Assembly (NCBI GenBank): GCA_965207075.1
Contig: CBDBLO010000002.1
Span: 1,120,001 to 1,184,000 of the forward strand
Length of the DNA stretch: 64,000 nucleotides
Origin: Nitrosopumilus sp.
GTDB lineage: Archaea > Thermoproteota > Nitrososphaeria > Nitrososphaerales > Nitrosopumilaceae
Direction of reading: 5' to 3'
A program made the translations under genes and the position numbers. The notes beneath the pieces are model-generated. The model was not told where the DNA came from and made no database searches. It worked only from the letters and a program-made list of their open reading frames with translations. Shown here piece after piece: positions 1 to 10,435 of this stretch (position 1 is its first letter; every line of letters starts with the position of its first letter).

Positions 1-1
1 C

Positions 2-568
2 GCCCCGATCGGGTGCTCCGGCACGACGTCGTGCAACCTGGCCCTGACCAACTCGCACAGGCTTGCAAAGGAGATCCAGAGGAAGTTCCTCGAGCTGGGG
101 CTTGACAAGGATCCCGACCTTGCGGACTCTACGATAAAGATAAGCGGCTGCCCCAACTCCTGCGGGCAGCACGGCATTGCCACGATAGGGTTCTTTGGCG
201 GCGGCGCGCGGGTCGGCAAGGACATGTACGCCAACTACCAGATGCTGCTTGGCGGGCGCTCGGACGGGCTGACCATGCTGGGCCAGACCTGCACCCGGGT
301 GCCTGCAAAGAGGGTCATTCCCGTGATACTGAGGATAATCGAGGTGTTCAGGGCAAACCGCAGGCCCGGCGACACCCTCAAGTCCTGGATCCACAGGGTG
401 GTGTCCGACGCGGAGGACTCGGGCGTGTCGTCGATAAAGGACATCAAGGCGGAGCTGCAGCCGCTGCTGGCCCCGCCTGCAAAGGACGACGATCCCGACT
501 TTTACCTGGACTATGGCAGCGACACCAGCTACCACACAAAGACTGGCAAGGGCGAGTGTGCGGCTTGA
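2..568 (+). CDS. Ferredoxin-dependent sulfite/nitrite reductase, C-terminal part (5' end outside window)
   Basis: Frame open from base 2: GCSGTTSCNLAL...KISGCPNSCGQH siroheme/4Fe-4S ligands; ends GKGECAA; adjacent to a rhodanese. Confidence 0.9.
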   Translation, partial: APIGCSGTTSCNLALTNSHRLAKEIQRKFLELGLDKDPDLADSTIKISGCPNSCGQHGIATIGFFGGGARVGKDMYANYQMLLGGRSDGLTMLGQTCTRVPAKRVIPVILRIIEVFRANRRPGDTLKSWIHRVVSDAEDSGVSSIKDIKAELQPLLAPPAKDDDPDFYLDYGSDTSYHTKTGKGECAA

Positions 569-1395
569 GCGGTAGCGACGTCGCCGGCGCCGGCCCTGCG
601 CCCGCGGTCACGACGGACGCCGACGTGCTGCGCGGCGAGATCAGGGACAGGAGCGCCGTCGTGATAGACGCCCGCAGGCCGGAGGACTACAAGCGCTCCC
701 ACATCCCGACCGCGGTAAACCTGCCGCTTGCAGATCTCTTGTCCGACGACGGCCCCGACAGGGTCGCCAGGATCGCCGGCTCGCTTGGAATTGGAGACGA
801 GACGCGGGTCGTCGTATATGACGACTCGTTCGGGGCCCTCGCGTCGAGGATTGCGTGGACGCTGGAGTACATCGGGCACGCCGACGTCACGCTGCTTGAC
901 ACCACGTATGCTCAGTGGCGCTCCATGGGGATGGAGACTGACGACGCGGCGCCGCCGGTCACGCCGCGGGAGCACTCGGCCGCCCCCGAACCCGGCATAC
1001 TTGCGACCCACGAGTACCTGGAGAAGGCCGTCGCGGATCGCGGCGGCGACGGCGTGGTTCTGGTCGACAACAGGGAGAGGCTGAACTTTCTGGAGCAGCA
1101 CATACCCGGCGCCGTCAGCCTGCCCTACAGGACGCTTGCGGGCCCCGACCGCATACTCCGGGGGCGCGAGGACATGAGGCGCCTGCTTGCAAACCGCGGG
1201 ATTGGCGACGGTTCTGAGATCATCACGTACTGTGGAAGCGTGGGGACGCTCTCGGGGCTAGCATACTATGCCATGAAGTCTGCGGGACTCTCGAACACCC
1301 GGCTGTATGTGAGGTCGTTTAAGGAGTGGAAGAGCCTCCAAAAGCCCACCGCCACCCAGGCCGACGCAAACTACTGGGATCTGTCCGCCGAGTGA
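556..1395 (+). CDS. Two-domain rhodanese / thiosulfate sulfurtransferase
   Basis: VIDAR..Y..SHIPTA, VVVYD, LVDNR..HIPGA, IITYCGS active-site Cys; start may be TTG at 565, overlapping the upstream stop. Confidence 0.9.
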   Translation: MCGLSGSDVAGAGPAPAVTTDADVLRGEIRDRSAVVIDARRPEDYKRSHIPTAVNLPLADLLSDDGPDRVARIAGSLGIGDETRVVVYDDSFGALASRIAWTLEYIGHADVTLLDTTYAQWRSMGMETDDAAPPVTPREHSAAPEPGILATHEYLEKAVADRGGDGVVLVDNRERLNFLEQHIPGAVSLPYRTLAGPDRILRGREDMRRLLANRGIGDGSEIITYCGSVGTLSGLAYYAMKSAGLSNTRLYVRSFKEWKSLQKPTATQADANYWDLSAE

Positions 1396-1437
1396 CCGGA
1401 CGGCCGCCGGACACCGTTGCCGCATGCCGCCTGGCAC

Positions 1438-2643
1438 TCACGCCAGCTCGCGGCGTATCCTCTTTGTCAGGGCGGCCTCTATGTTGTCAAACAGGTCCAG
1501 CATCCTCTGCCTGTTCTCTGAGATGTAGTCGTCGCCCCTGTCCTTGAGCCGGATCTTCCACAGCCTGATCTCCCTGTGCTCGTCAAAGAAGCTCTCTATC
1601 ATCTGCACCCCGAACTTGTCGGGGTCGGTAAACTTGTCAAACACCGCAATGGACTTTTCGGCGTCGCCCTCCGATATGGTCTCCTTTGCGGACCGTATGG
1701 CCTGTATCAGCTCCTTCATGTTCTTGATGGGCTGCGGCAGCGTCCTTCTGGTTATGCCGAACAGGCCGCGCTTCTCCTTGCCTATCTTTTCGGCCACGCT
1801 GGGGGCAAGGTCGTAGATTGGTATGCGGCTGAGACCCTCGCGCTTTTCGTTCTGCAGTATGAGCCCCTTCTCGAGGAGCTTTCTGAGCGCCGTCTCCGCG
1901 TCGGCCTTGTCAAGGAACGTGGTCCACACGATGGCCCCGATCGTGTGGTATCCCTGCTTTATGGACTCTAGCACGACAACCTCCTGTATGCGCTTGAACC
2001 CCTCCTCTATCCTTACGTTGACAAAGTCTTTGTCCCTGACGGACTTTCTCGCGTTCTTGACGTCGATCTCGATTGAGCGCTTGAGGGCCTCAAGCGACTC
2101 CGGGACCTGGTTGAGGAGCGAGAGGTAGCACCCCTTGTTGTACCACGCCATGCCGTACGTGGGATCCGACTCGATGGCCTTTTCGACCGAGTCGAGCGCC
2201 TTTGCGTAGTTCTTCTGCTCGTAGTGCACCAGCCCCTTGAGGTTCCAGGCCTCCGGGTTCGTAACGTCGATGTCAAGTATCTTGTCATATACCGCAAGCG
2301 CCTCGCTGTGCTCGTCCAGGTGGAACTTTGCGTACCCGAGCTTTAGCATCGTCTCGACGCTGCTCGGATCTATCCTGAGCGCCTGCTCGAAGGTCATTAC
2401 CGCATCCTCGAGCTTTTGGTCCGCCATCAGGTTGATGCCCTTTTTGTAGAGCTTTTTGCGGTTGTAATCTACGTCTACCAGGCTCCTCTCCTTGGGGATC
2501 CCGGACTGCTCTTCTGCAAGCTCGATGTCTGCGCCGCCGCGCCTGGGGTCGTCACTCTTGGCGTCGTTGCCGCCTTCTGTTACGGACTCGTCGGAGCCTG
2601 CTGATTTTTTCTGTCCCCCGCCTCTCCGAAACTGGCTCTTCAT
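1438..2643 (-). CDS. TPR repeat protein with C-terminal wHTH-like region
   Basis: Tandem TPRs (NPEAWNLKGL, YGMAWYNKGC); ATG 2643 preferred over the ORF-track start. Confidence 0.85.
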   Translation of the reverse strand: MKSQFRRGGGQKKSAGSDESVTEGGNDAKSDDPRRGGADIELAEEQSGIPKERSLVDVDYNRKKLYKKGINLMADQKLEDAVMTFEQALRIDPSSVETMLKLGYAKFHLDEHSEALAVYDKILDIDVTNPEAWNLKGLVHYEQKNYAKALDSVEKAIESDPTYGMAWYNKGCYLSLLNQVPESLEALKRSIEIDVKNARKSVRDKDFVNVRIEEGFKRIQEVVVLESIKQGYHTIGAIVWTTFLDKADAETALRKLLEKGLILQNEKREGLSRIPIYDLAPSVAEKIGKEKRGLFGITRRTLPQPIKNMKELIQAIRSAKETISEGDAEKSIAVFDKFTDPDKFGVQMIESFFDEHREIRLWKIRLKDRGDDYISENRQRMLDLFDNIEAALTKRIRRELA

Positions 2644-2899
2644 CGCACCGTATGGGTTATTTCTAGTTAAAAACCATCCCCCGCGTCGCGTGTGGGCGGA
2701 GGGGCGAGAGGGAATGGCGGCGGTGACAACAGCATGAGAAGGGTGGAGCGCGCGGCTACGTCGCACACCGTGCCTGCACTTCCCGTGCGCATGCGTGCCG
2801 CGCCGGCAGCATCCTGGCCGGCATGCCTTGCCGGCCGTGCCCGACGCTACTGCAAACCCGATCGGTTAATCTAAAATACTTGCTGCGCATACGACTCTT

Positions 2900-4861
2900 G
2901 TGTCACTAAAGCCCGGCCTCAAGGTTGGCGGCAAGGCTCCGTTTGTAAAGCCTGGCGTGTACGAGGTCAAGATATCGATATCAAAATCAAAGCCTTCTGA
3001 GGAAGACGTCAGGCGCAACAAGTTTGACAGCCTGTGGAGCGACCATTTTCACCTGCGCGTAGAGGACGGCAAATTTTCAGAGACGCTGGGTTCGGAGGGA
3101 AACCCGATTCCGGACTCACTCAAGAATTACACGACGGTGTGGATTGTAGTATCTGACATATTCTCCTCGGCAAACTCCGTATTTGACGTGCCGCTGGAGT
3201 CCTCCCAGAGAGCCGCAAAGGCGGACAAAGACACAAAGAAGAAGGCGACGGCGGACACTCCCTCCAAAAAGAGGCCGGTTCCGCCCCCTCCTGCCCCGGG
3301 GTCGCCAAGAGCGGCAGCAGGGCATCCGGCAGACGGAGACCGGAGGGGGGCCACTGACCCTTCTGCCGACTTGCCGGGCGCCCCCGGAAAAAAGGAGAGG
3401 GATCCTTCCGGCGCGCAATCCGGACCGCGCCCCGTACGCCCCCCACAACCACCCACGCCCGCCCCGCCGTCTTGGGACTCCCCCCCCAGCGCGACTGCCG
3501 GCACCGCCCGCCCTTCTACTATCCCTGATTCTACGACAACTGCGTCTGCCGGGCGCATGGGCCCTTCGGGGCCTCAGGGTCCGGCCGGCATGCCCGGCCC
3601 CGCGGGAAGACGCGGCGCCGCTGGGCCCACGGGCCCTGCGGGGGACAAGGGACCCGTCGGCGACAAGGGCCCTGCGGGGGACAAGGGACCCGTCGGCGAC
3701 AAGGGCCCTGCGGGGGACAAGGGACCCGTCGGCGACAAGGGCATTACCGGCGACAAGGGATCCAAGGGCGACAAGGGCCCCGCAGGCCAGCAGGGCGACA
3801 AGGGCGACAAGGGCCCCACGGGCGAAAGGGGTGTTATAGGAGACAAGGGCGTAGCGGGAGACAAGGGCGACAAGGGCGACAAGGGCATTACGGGCCCGCC
3901 CGGAGACAAGGGCGACAAGGGCATTACGGGCCCGCCCGGAGACAAGGGCCCCGTGGGCCTCAAGGGCCCCGTCGGAGACAAGGGCGAGCGTGGCATTACG
4001 GGCCCGCCCGGAGACAAGGGCCCCGTGGGGCCGCGCGGTTCTGTCGGAGACAAGGGCGAGAAGGGCCCCTCCGGCCCGCCCGGAGACAAGGGCATCACAG
4101 GAACCATAGGCCCCCCGGGCGAAAAGGGGACGACTGGCCCAGTAGGCACCCCGGGCGAAAAGGGCTCCCAGGGCCCCCCGGGCCCGATCGGAGAGCCAGG
4201 ACCACCAGGACAGGCCGGCTCCCCCGGAGACAAGGGCCCCCAGGGCCCCCAGGGCCCTGCCGGGGCAAAGGGGCTTACCGGAGTGCCTGGACCGCAGGGC
4301 GACAAGGGCGACAAGGGCCCAGTAGGCCCGCAGGGCGACAAGGGAGAGACCGGGACTCAGGGGCCTGTAGGAGAAAAGGGCCCCCAGGGCCCCCAGGGCC
4401 CTGCCGGGGCAAAGGGGCTTACCGGAGTGCCCGGACCGCAGGGCGACAAGGGCGACAAGGGCCCAGTAGGCCCGCAGGGCGACAAGGGAGAGACCGGGAC
4501 TCAGGGGCCTACTGGGGAGAAAGGCCCCCAGGGACCGCAGGGCTCGCAAGGAGAGCGAGGCCCGCCAGGACCGCCCGGCGACAAGGGCCCACAGGGCCCA
4601 CAGGGCATTCAGGGGTTGCAGGGCGAGCGCGGTCCGAAGGGACAGCCAGGCCCTGACGGTGAGCAGGGCCCACAGGGCCCACAGGGCCCCCTGGGACCGC
4701 AGGGCTCGCGCGGGCCGCCGGGGCTACCCGGGGAGAAGGGACCGTCGGGCGGAATGTCTGCGGAACAAAAGGCACTGTTCAAGGATCTGCTGGAGATTCT
4801 CACCAACAAGGGAGTCATAAACACCGAGGAGCAGATCAAGCTTATGAGCTATCTATACTAG
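2900..4861 (+). CDS. Collagen-like protein (about 130 uninterrupted Gly-X-Y triplets)
   Basis: GDKGP/GPQ triplets over ~3560-4750; Pro-rich linker; short helical C-terminus [20 protein letters not shown]. Confidence 0.9.
   Translation: MSLKPGLKVGGKAPFVKPGVYEVKISISKSKPSEEDVRRNKFDSLWSDHFHLRVEDGKFSETLGSEGNPIPDSLKNYTTVWIVVSDIFSSANSVFDVPLESSQRAAKADKDTKKKATADTPSKKRPVPPPPAPGSPRAAAGHPADGDRRGATDPSADLPGAPGKKERDPSGAQSGPRPVRPPQPPTPAPPSWDSPPSATAGTARPSTIPDSTTTASAGRMGPSGPQGPAGMPGPAGRRGAAGPTGPAGDKGPVGDKGPAGDKGPVGDKGPAGDKGPVGDKGITGDKGSKGDKGPAGQQGDKGDKGPTGERGVIGDKGVAGDKGDKGDKGITGPPGDKGDKGITGPPGDKGPVGLKGPVGDKGERGITGPPGDKGPVGPRGSVGDKGEKGPSGPPGDKGITGTIGPPGEKGTTGPVGTPGEKGSQGPPGPIGEPGPPGQAGSPGDKGPQGPQGPAGAKGLTGVPGPQGDKGDKGPVGPQGDKGETGTQGPVGEKGPQGPQGPAGAKGLTGVPGPQGDKGDKGPVGPQGDKGETGTQGPTGEKGPQGPQGSQGERGPPGPPGDKGPQGPQGIQGLQGERGPKGQPGPDGEQGPQGPQGPLGPQGSRGPPGLPGEKGPSGGMSAEQKALFKDLLEILTNKGVINTEEQIKLMSYLY
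4232..4520 (+). repeat. 144-bp near-perfect tandem duplication inside the collagen gene
   Basis: 48-aa unit [47 protein letters not shown] occurs twice; 36-bp units also at ~3630-3740. Confidence 0.85.
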
Positions 4862-5226
4862 GCCGCGATACTACTTGCGGCACTGCCCGCCCTCTGGACT
4901 GGTGGGACTGGCCGTGCCGCCGCTTTGCTGCGTGCCGTCTGGCCTATGCCCTTCTTACCCCTTTCGCCTCCTTGCCACTCTGCTGTGACGTGGATTGTGC
5001 TGATGCATCCCACGTCGTGCACAGACGACGACGCGATGAACGCAGCTCAGGTGCGTGCCATTCTGATTGAATTCATAACGCTAGCTGACTGAAACCAAGA
5101 TCGCGGCCATGCCGTGTTCATCCTTCTGACTGCAAAGCCACTTCACATCCGGGCATCATTATCTGATACTAAAATAAGAAAAACACGTCGCCAAAGCGAC
5201 GGTTGTGGATTTGCCACTGTTTCGTA

Positions 5227-5979
5227 TTACTTCTTGCCCTTGGCCTTTGTTGGCGGCCTGCCCGGCTTGCGCTTTGCAACGGTCGCCTTCTTTGCAGCAG
5301 TAGCCTTCTTGGCTGGTCTGTCCGGCTTGCGCTTTGCAACGGTCGCCTTCTTTGCAGCAGTAGCCTTCTTGGCTGGTCTGCCCGGCTTGCGCTTTGCAAC
5401 GGTCGCCTTCTTTGCAGCAGTAGCCTTCTTGGCTGGTCTGCCCGGCTTGCGCTTTGCAACGGTCGCCTTCTTTGCAGCAGTAGCCTTCTTGGCTGGTCTG
5501 CCCGGCTTGCGCTTTGCAACGGTCGCCTTCTTTGCAGCAGTAGCCTTCTTGGCTGGTCTGCCCGGCTTGCGCTTTGCAACGGTCGCCTTCTTTGCAGCAG
5601 TAGCCTTCTTGGCTGGTCTGCCCGGCTTGCGCTTTGCAACGGTCGCCTTCTTTGCAGCAGTAGCCTTCTTGGCTGGTCTGCCCGGCTTGCGCTTTGCAAC
5701 GGTCGCCTTCTTGGCTGGTCTGCCCGGCTTGCGCTTTGCAACGGTCGCCTTCTTGGCTGGTCTGCCCGGCTTGCGCTTTGCAACGGTCGCCTTCTTTGCA
5801 GCAGTAGCCTTCTTGGCTGGTCTGCCCGGCTTGCGCTTTGCAACGGTCGCCTTCTTTGCAGCAGTAGCCTTCTTGGCTGGTCTGCCCGGCTTGCGCTTTG
5901 CAACGGTCGCCTTCTTTGCAGCAGTAGCCTTCTTGGCTGGTCTGCCCGGCTTGCGCTTTGTAGCTTTTGGTCTTGCCAT
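5227..5979 (-). CDS. Highly basic Lys/Ala repeat protein, histone H1-like with AT-hook-like KRKPGRP motifs (250 aa)
   Basis: MARPKAT, then 10x KRKPGRPAKKATAAKKATVA, 2x KRKPGRPAKKATVA and a terminal KRKPGRPPTKAKGKK; AT-rich promoter-like region upstream. Confidence 0.75.
   Translation of the reverse strand: MARPKATKRKPGRPAKKATAAKKATVAKRKPGRPAKKATAAKKATVAKRKPGRPAKKATAAKKATVAKRKPGRPAKKATVAKRKPGRPAKKATVAKRKPGRPAKKATAAKKATVAKRKPGRPAKKATAAKKATVAKRKPGRPAKKATAAKKATVAKRKPGRPAKKATAAKKATVAKRKPGRPAKKATAAKKATVAKRKPGRPAKKATAAKKATVAKRKPDRPAKKATAAKKATVAKRKPGRPPTKAKGKK
5255..5960. repeat. 60-bp tandem repeat array (10 full units, two 42-bp units, partial unit)
   Basis: Sequence lines 5281-5700 are identical apart from one SNP near 5321 (G to D in the protein). 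Confidence 0.97.
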
Positions 5980-6617
5980 GTTTTTATCGAAATTATGGTT
6001 ATTTTTCAATGGTTAATATTAAAAAAATTATACAAATCGATCGTAAAAAATAGAGCTATTTTTTGTAGAAACTACGTTTTTTACGATCGCAAAACACATG
6101 CACGCGGATGGGCATTTTCCAAAATACAGCGGCTTTATCCAAACACGATCGTGTTTCTTGCGCGCGCGGTGCGGACCGGGCCTGTACCGTGTCACGTGTC
6201 CACTGTAATATCCGCCCCTGGCCATATTTGTGCCAATTCTACGAATAAGCGGGCGTATTTTTGGAGGCGCGCCCGCCCGCATGACTTCGTGTCATTCTGC
6301 CGCCGCGCTTTTTTGCGCCTTCGCTTTTTTGCGATCTCAGACTGTGCGTGACTTGCGGCGCGCCATCATGCAATGGCATTGCATGGCATGCTGGATGCGC
6401 TGTTATGTGCGATCCTTTCTATGAAATTATTTTGTTGCAAAAACTGCTGTTTTGGGACGTTTTTGGGTTTTTTGCAACCGCGGTGGATTTGCACCCGCGG
6501 TTCCGACCCGTCCCTTCCATGTGCGCGCGGCGCACGATTCGTCTGTATTTCAGGGCCGGCCGGCGCTGTGTGGTTCTGCTTGCGCGCGCGGCGGAGCGGC
6601 GGCGCGCACGCAATTTG

Positions 6618-7739
6618 TTATGCGCCCCTTGCCTTTATTATCGTCAGTACGTCTTCGTCCTGCAGTATGTGCCCGAGTCCGACCCTCTGGCCTCCGAACT
6701 TGACACTCTTTCCCCAGATCATCCCGTACCTGAATTCCCTGCGCATCCTGCGGTGGATCTTGTTGCAGACGTCCTCGACGCTGTCCCCCTCCCTTGCGAT
6801 AAGCGGTTCGTCGTAGTCTGTGGGCCCGCCCTTCGGGCGCATGTATATCCTGATGAACCTTAGTTTCTCGTATATCTGCTGCTTGAGGGCGTCTATGTTG
6901 ACCTCGGCGTTTGCAGAGACCTCGACGGCCGGCGTCCTCGACTCGCTTGCCCTCCTCTGGCGCAGGTCCTGCAGGAACTCCGAGTCCACCAGGTCAATCT
7001 TGTTGAGCACCGTAATTGCCTTAGAGTACGACACGTTGCCTGCCATGTGATCCGCTAGCTGCTCGGACGTCACGTCCTCGCGTGTAACAACCCTGGCGCT
7101 GACCACCCCGTACAGGTGCAGTATGTCCTTGAGGTGCCCCTCGGTGATCTTGGTGAGCTTGACCTGCTGCGCAACCGCGATGCCGCCCATCGACGCCTTC
7201 TCTATTGTTATGTTTGGTGGAAGCTGGTTGAGCCGTATGCCTATGTTCCCAAGCTCGTTTATCAGGACGTCCTCGTGGTGCGGCTGGAAGACATCAAGGA
7301 TGAGCAGCACGAGGTCCGCGGTCCTTGCGACTGAGAGTATTCTCTTCCCAAGGCCCTTGCCAGACGATGCCCCCTTTATGATTCCGGGAAGATCGAGCAC
7401 TTGGATCCTTGCGCCCCTGTACTCCATCATGCCCGGCACAACCGTCAGCGTGGTAAACTGGAACGCGCCGACAGTTGACTTTGCATCCGTCAGCTTGTTT
7501 AGCAGCGTGGATTTCCCGACGCTTGGAAGTCCTATGAACACCACGGTCGCGTCTCCAGTACGCCTGACGTCAAAGCCGTCCGACTTTGCGCCCGACTTTT
7601 TTATCGTGTTCTCTTCCTGCTCTCGCTTTAGCTTTGCAATCTTGGCCTTTAACAGGCCTATGTGGTGCTCTGTGGCCTTGTTGATCTGCGTCCTTGCCAT
7701 CTCATCCTGTATGGCCTTTATCTTTTCGGGAATGCCCAT
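6618..7739 (-). CDS. drg: DRG/OBG-family GTP-binding protein with TGS domain
   Basis: GLPSVGKST, FTT, DLPG, NKID motifs; QINKATEHH N-terminus; GQRVG..H.L.DEDV TGS end. Confidence 0.95.
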   Translation of the reverse strand: MGIPEKIKAIQDEMARTQINKATEHHIGLLKAKIAKLKREQEENTIKKSGAKSDGFDVRRTGDATVVFIGLPSVGKSTLLNKLTDAKSTVGAFQFTTLTVVPGMMEYRGARIQVLDLPGIIKGASSGKGLGKRILSVARTADLVLLILDVFQPHHEDVLINELGNIGIRLNQLPPNITIEKASMGGIAVAQQVKLTKITEGHLKDILHLYGVVSARVVTREDVTSEQLADHMAGNVSYSKAITVLNKIDLVDSEFLQDLRQRRASESRTPAVEVSANAEVNIDALKQQIYEKLRFIRIYMRPKGGPTDYDEPLIAREGDSVEDVCNKIHRRMRREFRYGMIWGKSVKFGGQRVGLGHILQDEDVLTIIKARGA

Positions 7740-7832
7740 GAGGGCGCCGTCCCACCCTGTTAAAATAAAACTATTGGATTTTAGTGTTTTTTGCGGCTTT
7801 TATAGATTTCAACTGGTAGGCATGGAAACAAG

Positions 7833-9134
7833 ATGAAAATCACTAGGGAGGAGTTCGAGGAGACGGCCGACGCGACGGCGGGCGACCCCATGGAACTGTT
7901 CATGCAGGGGATCAGGTCAGAGGAGACAAAGCGCTATTATGTGCACATGTTGCGACTCATACTGTGTGAAGTGCTGGGGGACGTACTGGACGGCACGTTT
8001 GAGCAGCGCGCCGGGCAGATCGTGCGCATGGCGCGGGACGACCCTGACCGGACGCTGTCCCTGATGCTGCGAATCTCCGCAAAACTGAGGGAGCGCACGG
8101 AGCTGCCGCACGACAACCCGGACTACATCAACCCGACGAGCATCAAGAACTACTTCAGTCCGATCAAAAAGCTGTTCAATATGAACAACGCCCCGATGCA
8201 GTGGAAGCGCGTGCACTGCACGTGGCCCGAAAGAGACAACGTGCCCGAGTCCAGGGGGTGGGAACGGCACGAGATACAGCGGATGCTCGGGTACGCCAGG
8301 AATAAGAGGGACAGGGCGCTCATACTGGTGGCCGCCAGCTCCGGCATGAGGGCGGGGGGCTTTGAGTCGCTCAGGTGGTCCGACCTCAGGCCCGTATACG
8401 TGGACGGCCGGGGGGAGCCTGCGTTTGGCGACGACCGCAGCGTGGATGGGGGCGGGGGAAGCCCGCCGGCCTGCGCCATGCTCACCGTATACGGCCGCAC
8501 CAGCGCGAGCTACCCGGCGTTCATCACGCCGGAGGCGTACGCCGCCCTGATGGAGTACCGAGAGGTGCTGACGCGCCAGTCGGGCAGACGCCCCAAGCCT
8601 GACGAGTCGATGTTCGTGGTAGTGGGGAAGCGCGGGGCGGCATCAAACGCCATGACGCAGACGGTCAGGGGGAGCATAACCCGGATAGTCACTATCACCG
8701 GACTGCGTGACAGTGGGCGCAGGGGACGGAGGTCGTATGACGTGCCAATCATGAACGGCTTCCGCCGCTTCTGGAACAAGGCGTGCAAGGAGTCGCTCTC
8801 CAAGGACTCGGCCCTGTCATCATTGATCAAGAAGGAGTACATGATGGGACATGTGGGCCTGGTGAACCTTGACAGGAACTATTTCAAGACGCACGTACTG
8901 GAACTGGCCGCGGAATACATGCAGTCCGTACCGGCCCTGACCATAGGGGACGAGGAGCGCCTCCGGCTGGCGAACGCCGCGCAGGCCGCCAGGATAGGGA
9001 GCATGCAGGACGAGCGGGACGCCGAGATCGCCGGGCTCAAGCGCACCGTAGCGGAGCTCACGCGCAGGATGGAGGGGTTCATGCGGGACGGCGGAGACGG
9101 CGGAAGCAAAGGCGGCGCGGGGATCGGAGGGTGA
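7833..9134 (+). CDS. Tyrosine recombinase/integrase
   Basis: ASSGMR (catalytic R), MNGFRRFW (HxxR equivalent), MMGH...LDRNY (H, catalytic Y); C-terminal coiled coil; TATA-like TTTTATA at ~7798. Confidence 0.9.
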   Translation: MKITREEFEETADATAGDPMELFMQGIRSEETKRYYVHMLRLILCEVLGDVLDGTFEQRAGQIVRMARDDPDRTLSLMLRISAKLRERTELPHDNPDYINPTSIKNYFSPIKKLFNMNNAPMQWKRVHCTWPERDNVPESRGWERHEIQRMLGYARNKRDRALILVAASSGMRAGGFESLRWSDLRPVYVDGRGEPAFGDDRSVDGGGGSPPACAMLTVYGRTSASYPAFITPEAYAALMEYREVLTRQSGRRPKPDESMFVVVGKRGAASNAMTQTVRGSITRIVTITGLRDSGRRGRRSYDVPIMNGFRRFWNKACKESLSKDSALSSLIKKEYMMGHVGLVNLDRNYFKTHVLELAAEYMQSVPALTIGDEERLRLANAAQAARIGSMQDERDAEIAGLKRTVAELTRRMEGFMRDGGDGGSKGGAGIGG

Positions 9135-9634
9135 GTCCGATACCGCCGACCGAGAACCGCCACGTTAAATTGAAACGAAGGCAGCTTGCGCATGGCACCG
9201 TCTCCGCCCTCCCACGCCACGACGGCCGCCGACCGGGGGTACGCGGATTGACACCCTCCACCAGGGACGCCGCCTGCCTTTGCCACTCCCCCGCTCCCCC
9301 TGCTGCAGACACGCCGTACGACACGCGCGTAATCGCGGAGTCGGAGTGCTCCATCTGCGGCTCGCGCGCCGCCGCCATGATGCCGGCCGCATACATCGGG
9401 TGTTTCCTGTCCGACGGCCGCGGTCCGCAGGGGCGCTCCGTGCGCGTGTGGTGCGGTTCGTGCGGGCTGCACCGCTACGAGTCGGTGGGCGGCGTGCACA
9501 GGCTTGGGTGTCCCGTACCGTTTTCAGGCGCCCGGCCATTCAGGCAGCCGGCGGGCGCGCCGTCGCCATTCCTTCCGCTTCCACCCGCTCCAGACCCTAT
9601 GCACGTCCGCCACCGCGCGGTGAGCGCGCAATGA
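9131..9634 (+). CDS. Hypothetical Zn-ribbon protein
   Basis: CSICG...CGSCG pair; GTGA overlap with integrase stop. Confidence 0.45.
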   Translation: MSPIPPTENRHVKLKRRQLAHGTVSALPRHDGRRPGVRGLTPSTRDAACLCHSPAPPAADTPYDTRVIAESECSICGSRAAAMMPAAYIGCFLSDGRGPQGRSVRVWCGSCGLHRYESVGGVHRLGCPVPFSGARPFRQPAGAPSPFLPLPPAPDPMHVRHRAVSAQ

Positions 9635-9945
9635 CCGGCTCCAACAAAGGTGGTAACTCTGTCTGCATCCGCTGCGGCTGCCGCGTGCCGGACGCCCGTC
9701 TCAACGCCGACGGTGTGTGCGCCGGCTGCGTCCGCGCGATGTTCTCCAGCGGGATCAGGCGCGCGTTCCGCAACCTCGACGACATAGACGAGATAGCCCG
9801 CGGCGTGCACCTCGATTGGACCATCTACACGCGAGACGAGACCGACGGCATACTCGCGAGCACCAAGAAAATCCGCACCCACTTGGGCAAGCTCAACCGC
9901 ATGGGAGGGAGCGGAAACTCCCGCACCCGCCGCTCCGCGGGTTAA
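9631..9945 (+). CDS. Small Zn-finger protein
   Basis: MTGSNKGGNSVCIRCG...VCAGC; ATGA overlap. Confidence 0.6.
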   Translation: MTGSNKGGNSVCIRCGCRVPDARLNADGVCAGCVRAMFSSGIRRAFRNLDDIDEIARGVHLDWTIYTRDETDGILASTKKIRTHLGKLNRMGGSGNSRTRRSAG

Positions 9946-9969
9946 AAGCAACACGCTGCCCTTGCGTTC

Positions 9970-10221
9970 ATGGACAAGACCGTCGAACTCATGACGCCCC
10001 GCGGGGCCGCCCTCCTGGCTCTGCGCGACGAGGCCAAGGAACTGGTCAGCGCCATTGACATCATAGAGGACTGGGGGTGGGTCGCGGGCCGGGACGACAG
10101 CGAGCGGCTTGACGAAAGCATCACGGGCACGGAGTCTGCCATGCACAAGTACCTGGAGACGCGTCCGTCGGACGCGGACGGCGCAAAGGGGCCGACAGAA
10201 TCCGGCCGCCAAGAGAGCTAA
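9970..10221 (+). CDS. Hypothetical acidic helical protein
   Basis: 83-aa ORF, TTAAAA about 22 nt upstream. Confidence 0.55.
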   Translation: MDKTVELMTPRGAALLALRDEAKELVSAIDIIEDWGWVAGRDDSERLDESITGTESAMHKYLETRPSDADGAKGPTESGRQES

Positions 10222-10222
10222 T

Positions 10223-10266
10223 AATAACCTAACATTTATAAATAATAGGTTGTATGACATATCATG
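10223..10266 (+). promoter_or_regulatory. Promoter copy A: TATA box flanked by inverted repeat AACCTA/TAGGTT
   Basis: AATAACCTAACATTTATAAAT is 20/21 identical to 24347-24367, with the same spacing to ATG. Confidence 0.75.
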
Positions 10267-10392
10267 AGCAAGTCATTCAGCGCGGCCGTACTTGTGGCCG
10301 CGGGTCTGGGCGGCGTGCATCTTGGTGAATTTTCCGCGCATTGCGGCCCTTGCACGCTCGACCTGTACAAGTACAGGGAGGCGGCGGCCTGA
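10264..10392 (+). CDS. 42-aa microprotein (not in ORF track)
   Basis: MSKSFSAAVLVAAGLGGVHLGEFSAHCGPCTLDLYKYREAAA, directly behind promoter copy A. Confidence 0.45.
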   Translation: MSKSFSAAVLVAAGLGGVHLGEFSAHCGPCTLDLYKYREAAA

Positions 10393-10435
10393 TACCCCCC
10401 CGGTCTTTTATGATTATGGGTGCATGGGGGTCGAC

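Noticed and set aside
3116-4839. Antisense and alternative-frame ORFs over the collagen gene
   Set aside because: Shadow ORFs of GC-rich Gly-X-Y codons.
4862-5226. Possible ncRNA or gene between the collagen and H1-like genes (likewise 6030-6617)
   Set aside because: No convincing ORF or recognisable RNA structure by eye.
5114-6351. Long alternative-frame ORFs (300, 382, 244 aa) over the 60-bp array, and the array as a CRISPR
   Set aside because: Frames are open only because the unit lacks stop codons; units abut with no spacers, so it is not a CRISPR.
7760-7800. dif/att-like inverted repeat, and a 10-bp match AACTATTGGA at ~37109
   Set aside because: Arms match poorly and a 10-mer is too short; the second copy overlaps a TATA box. 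The att site remains unidentified.
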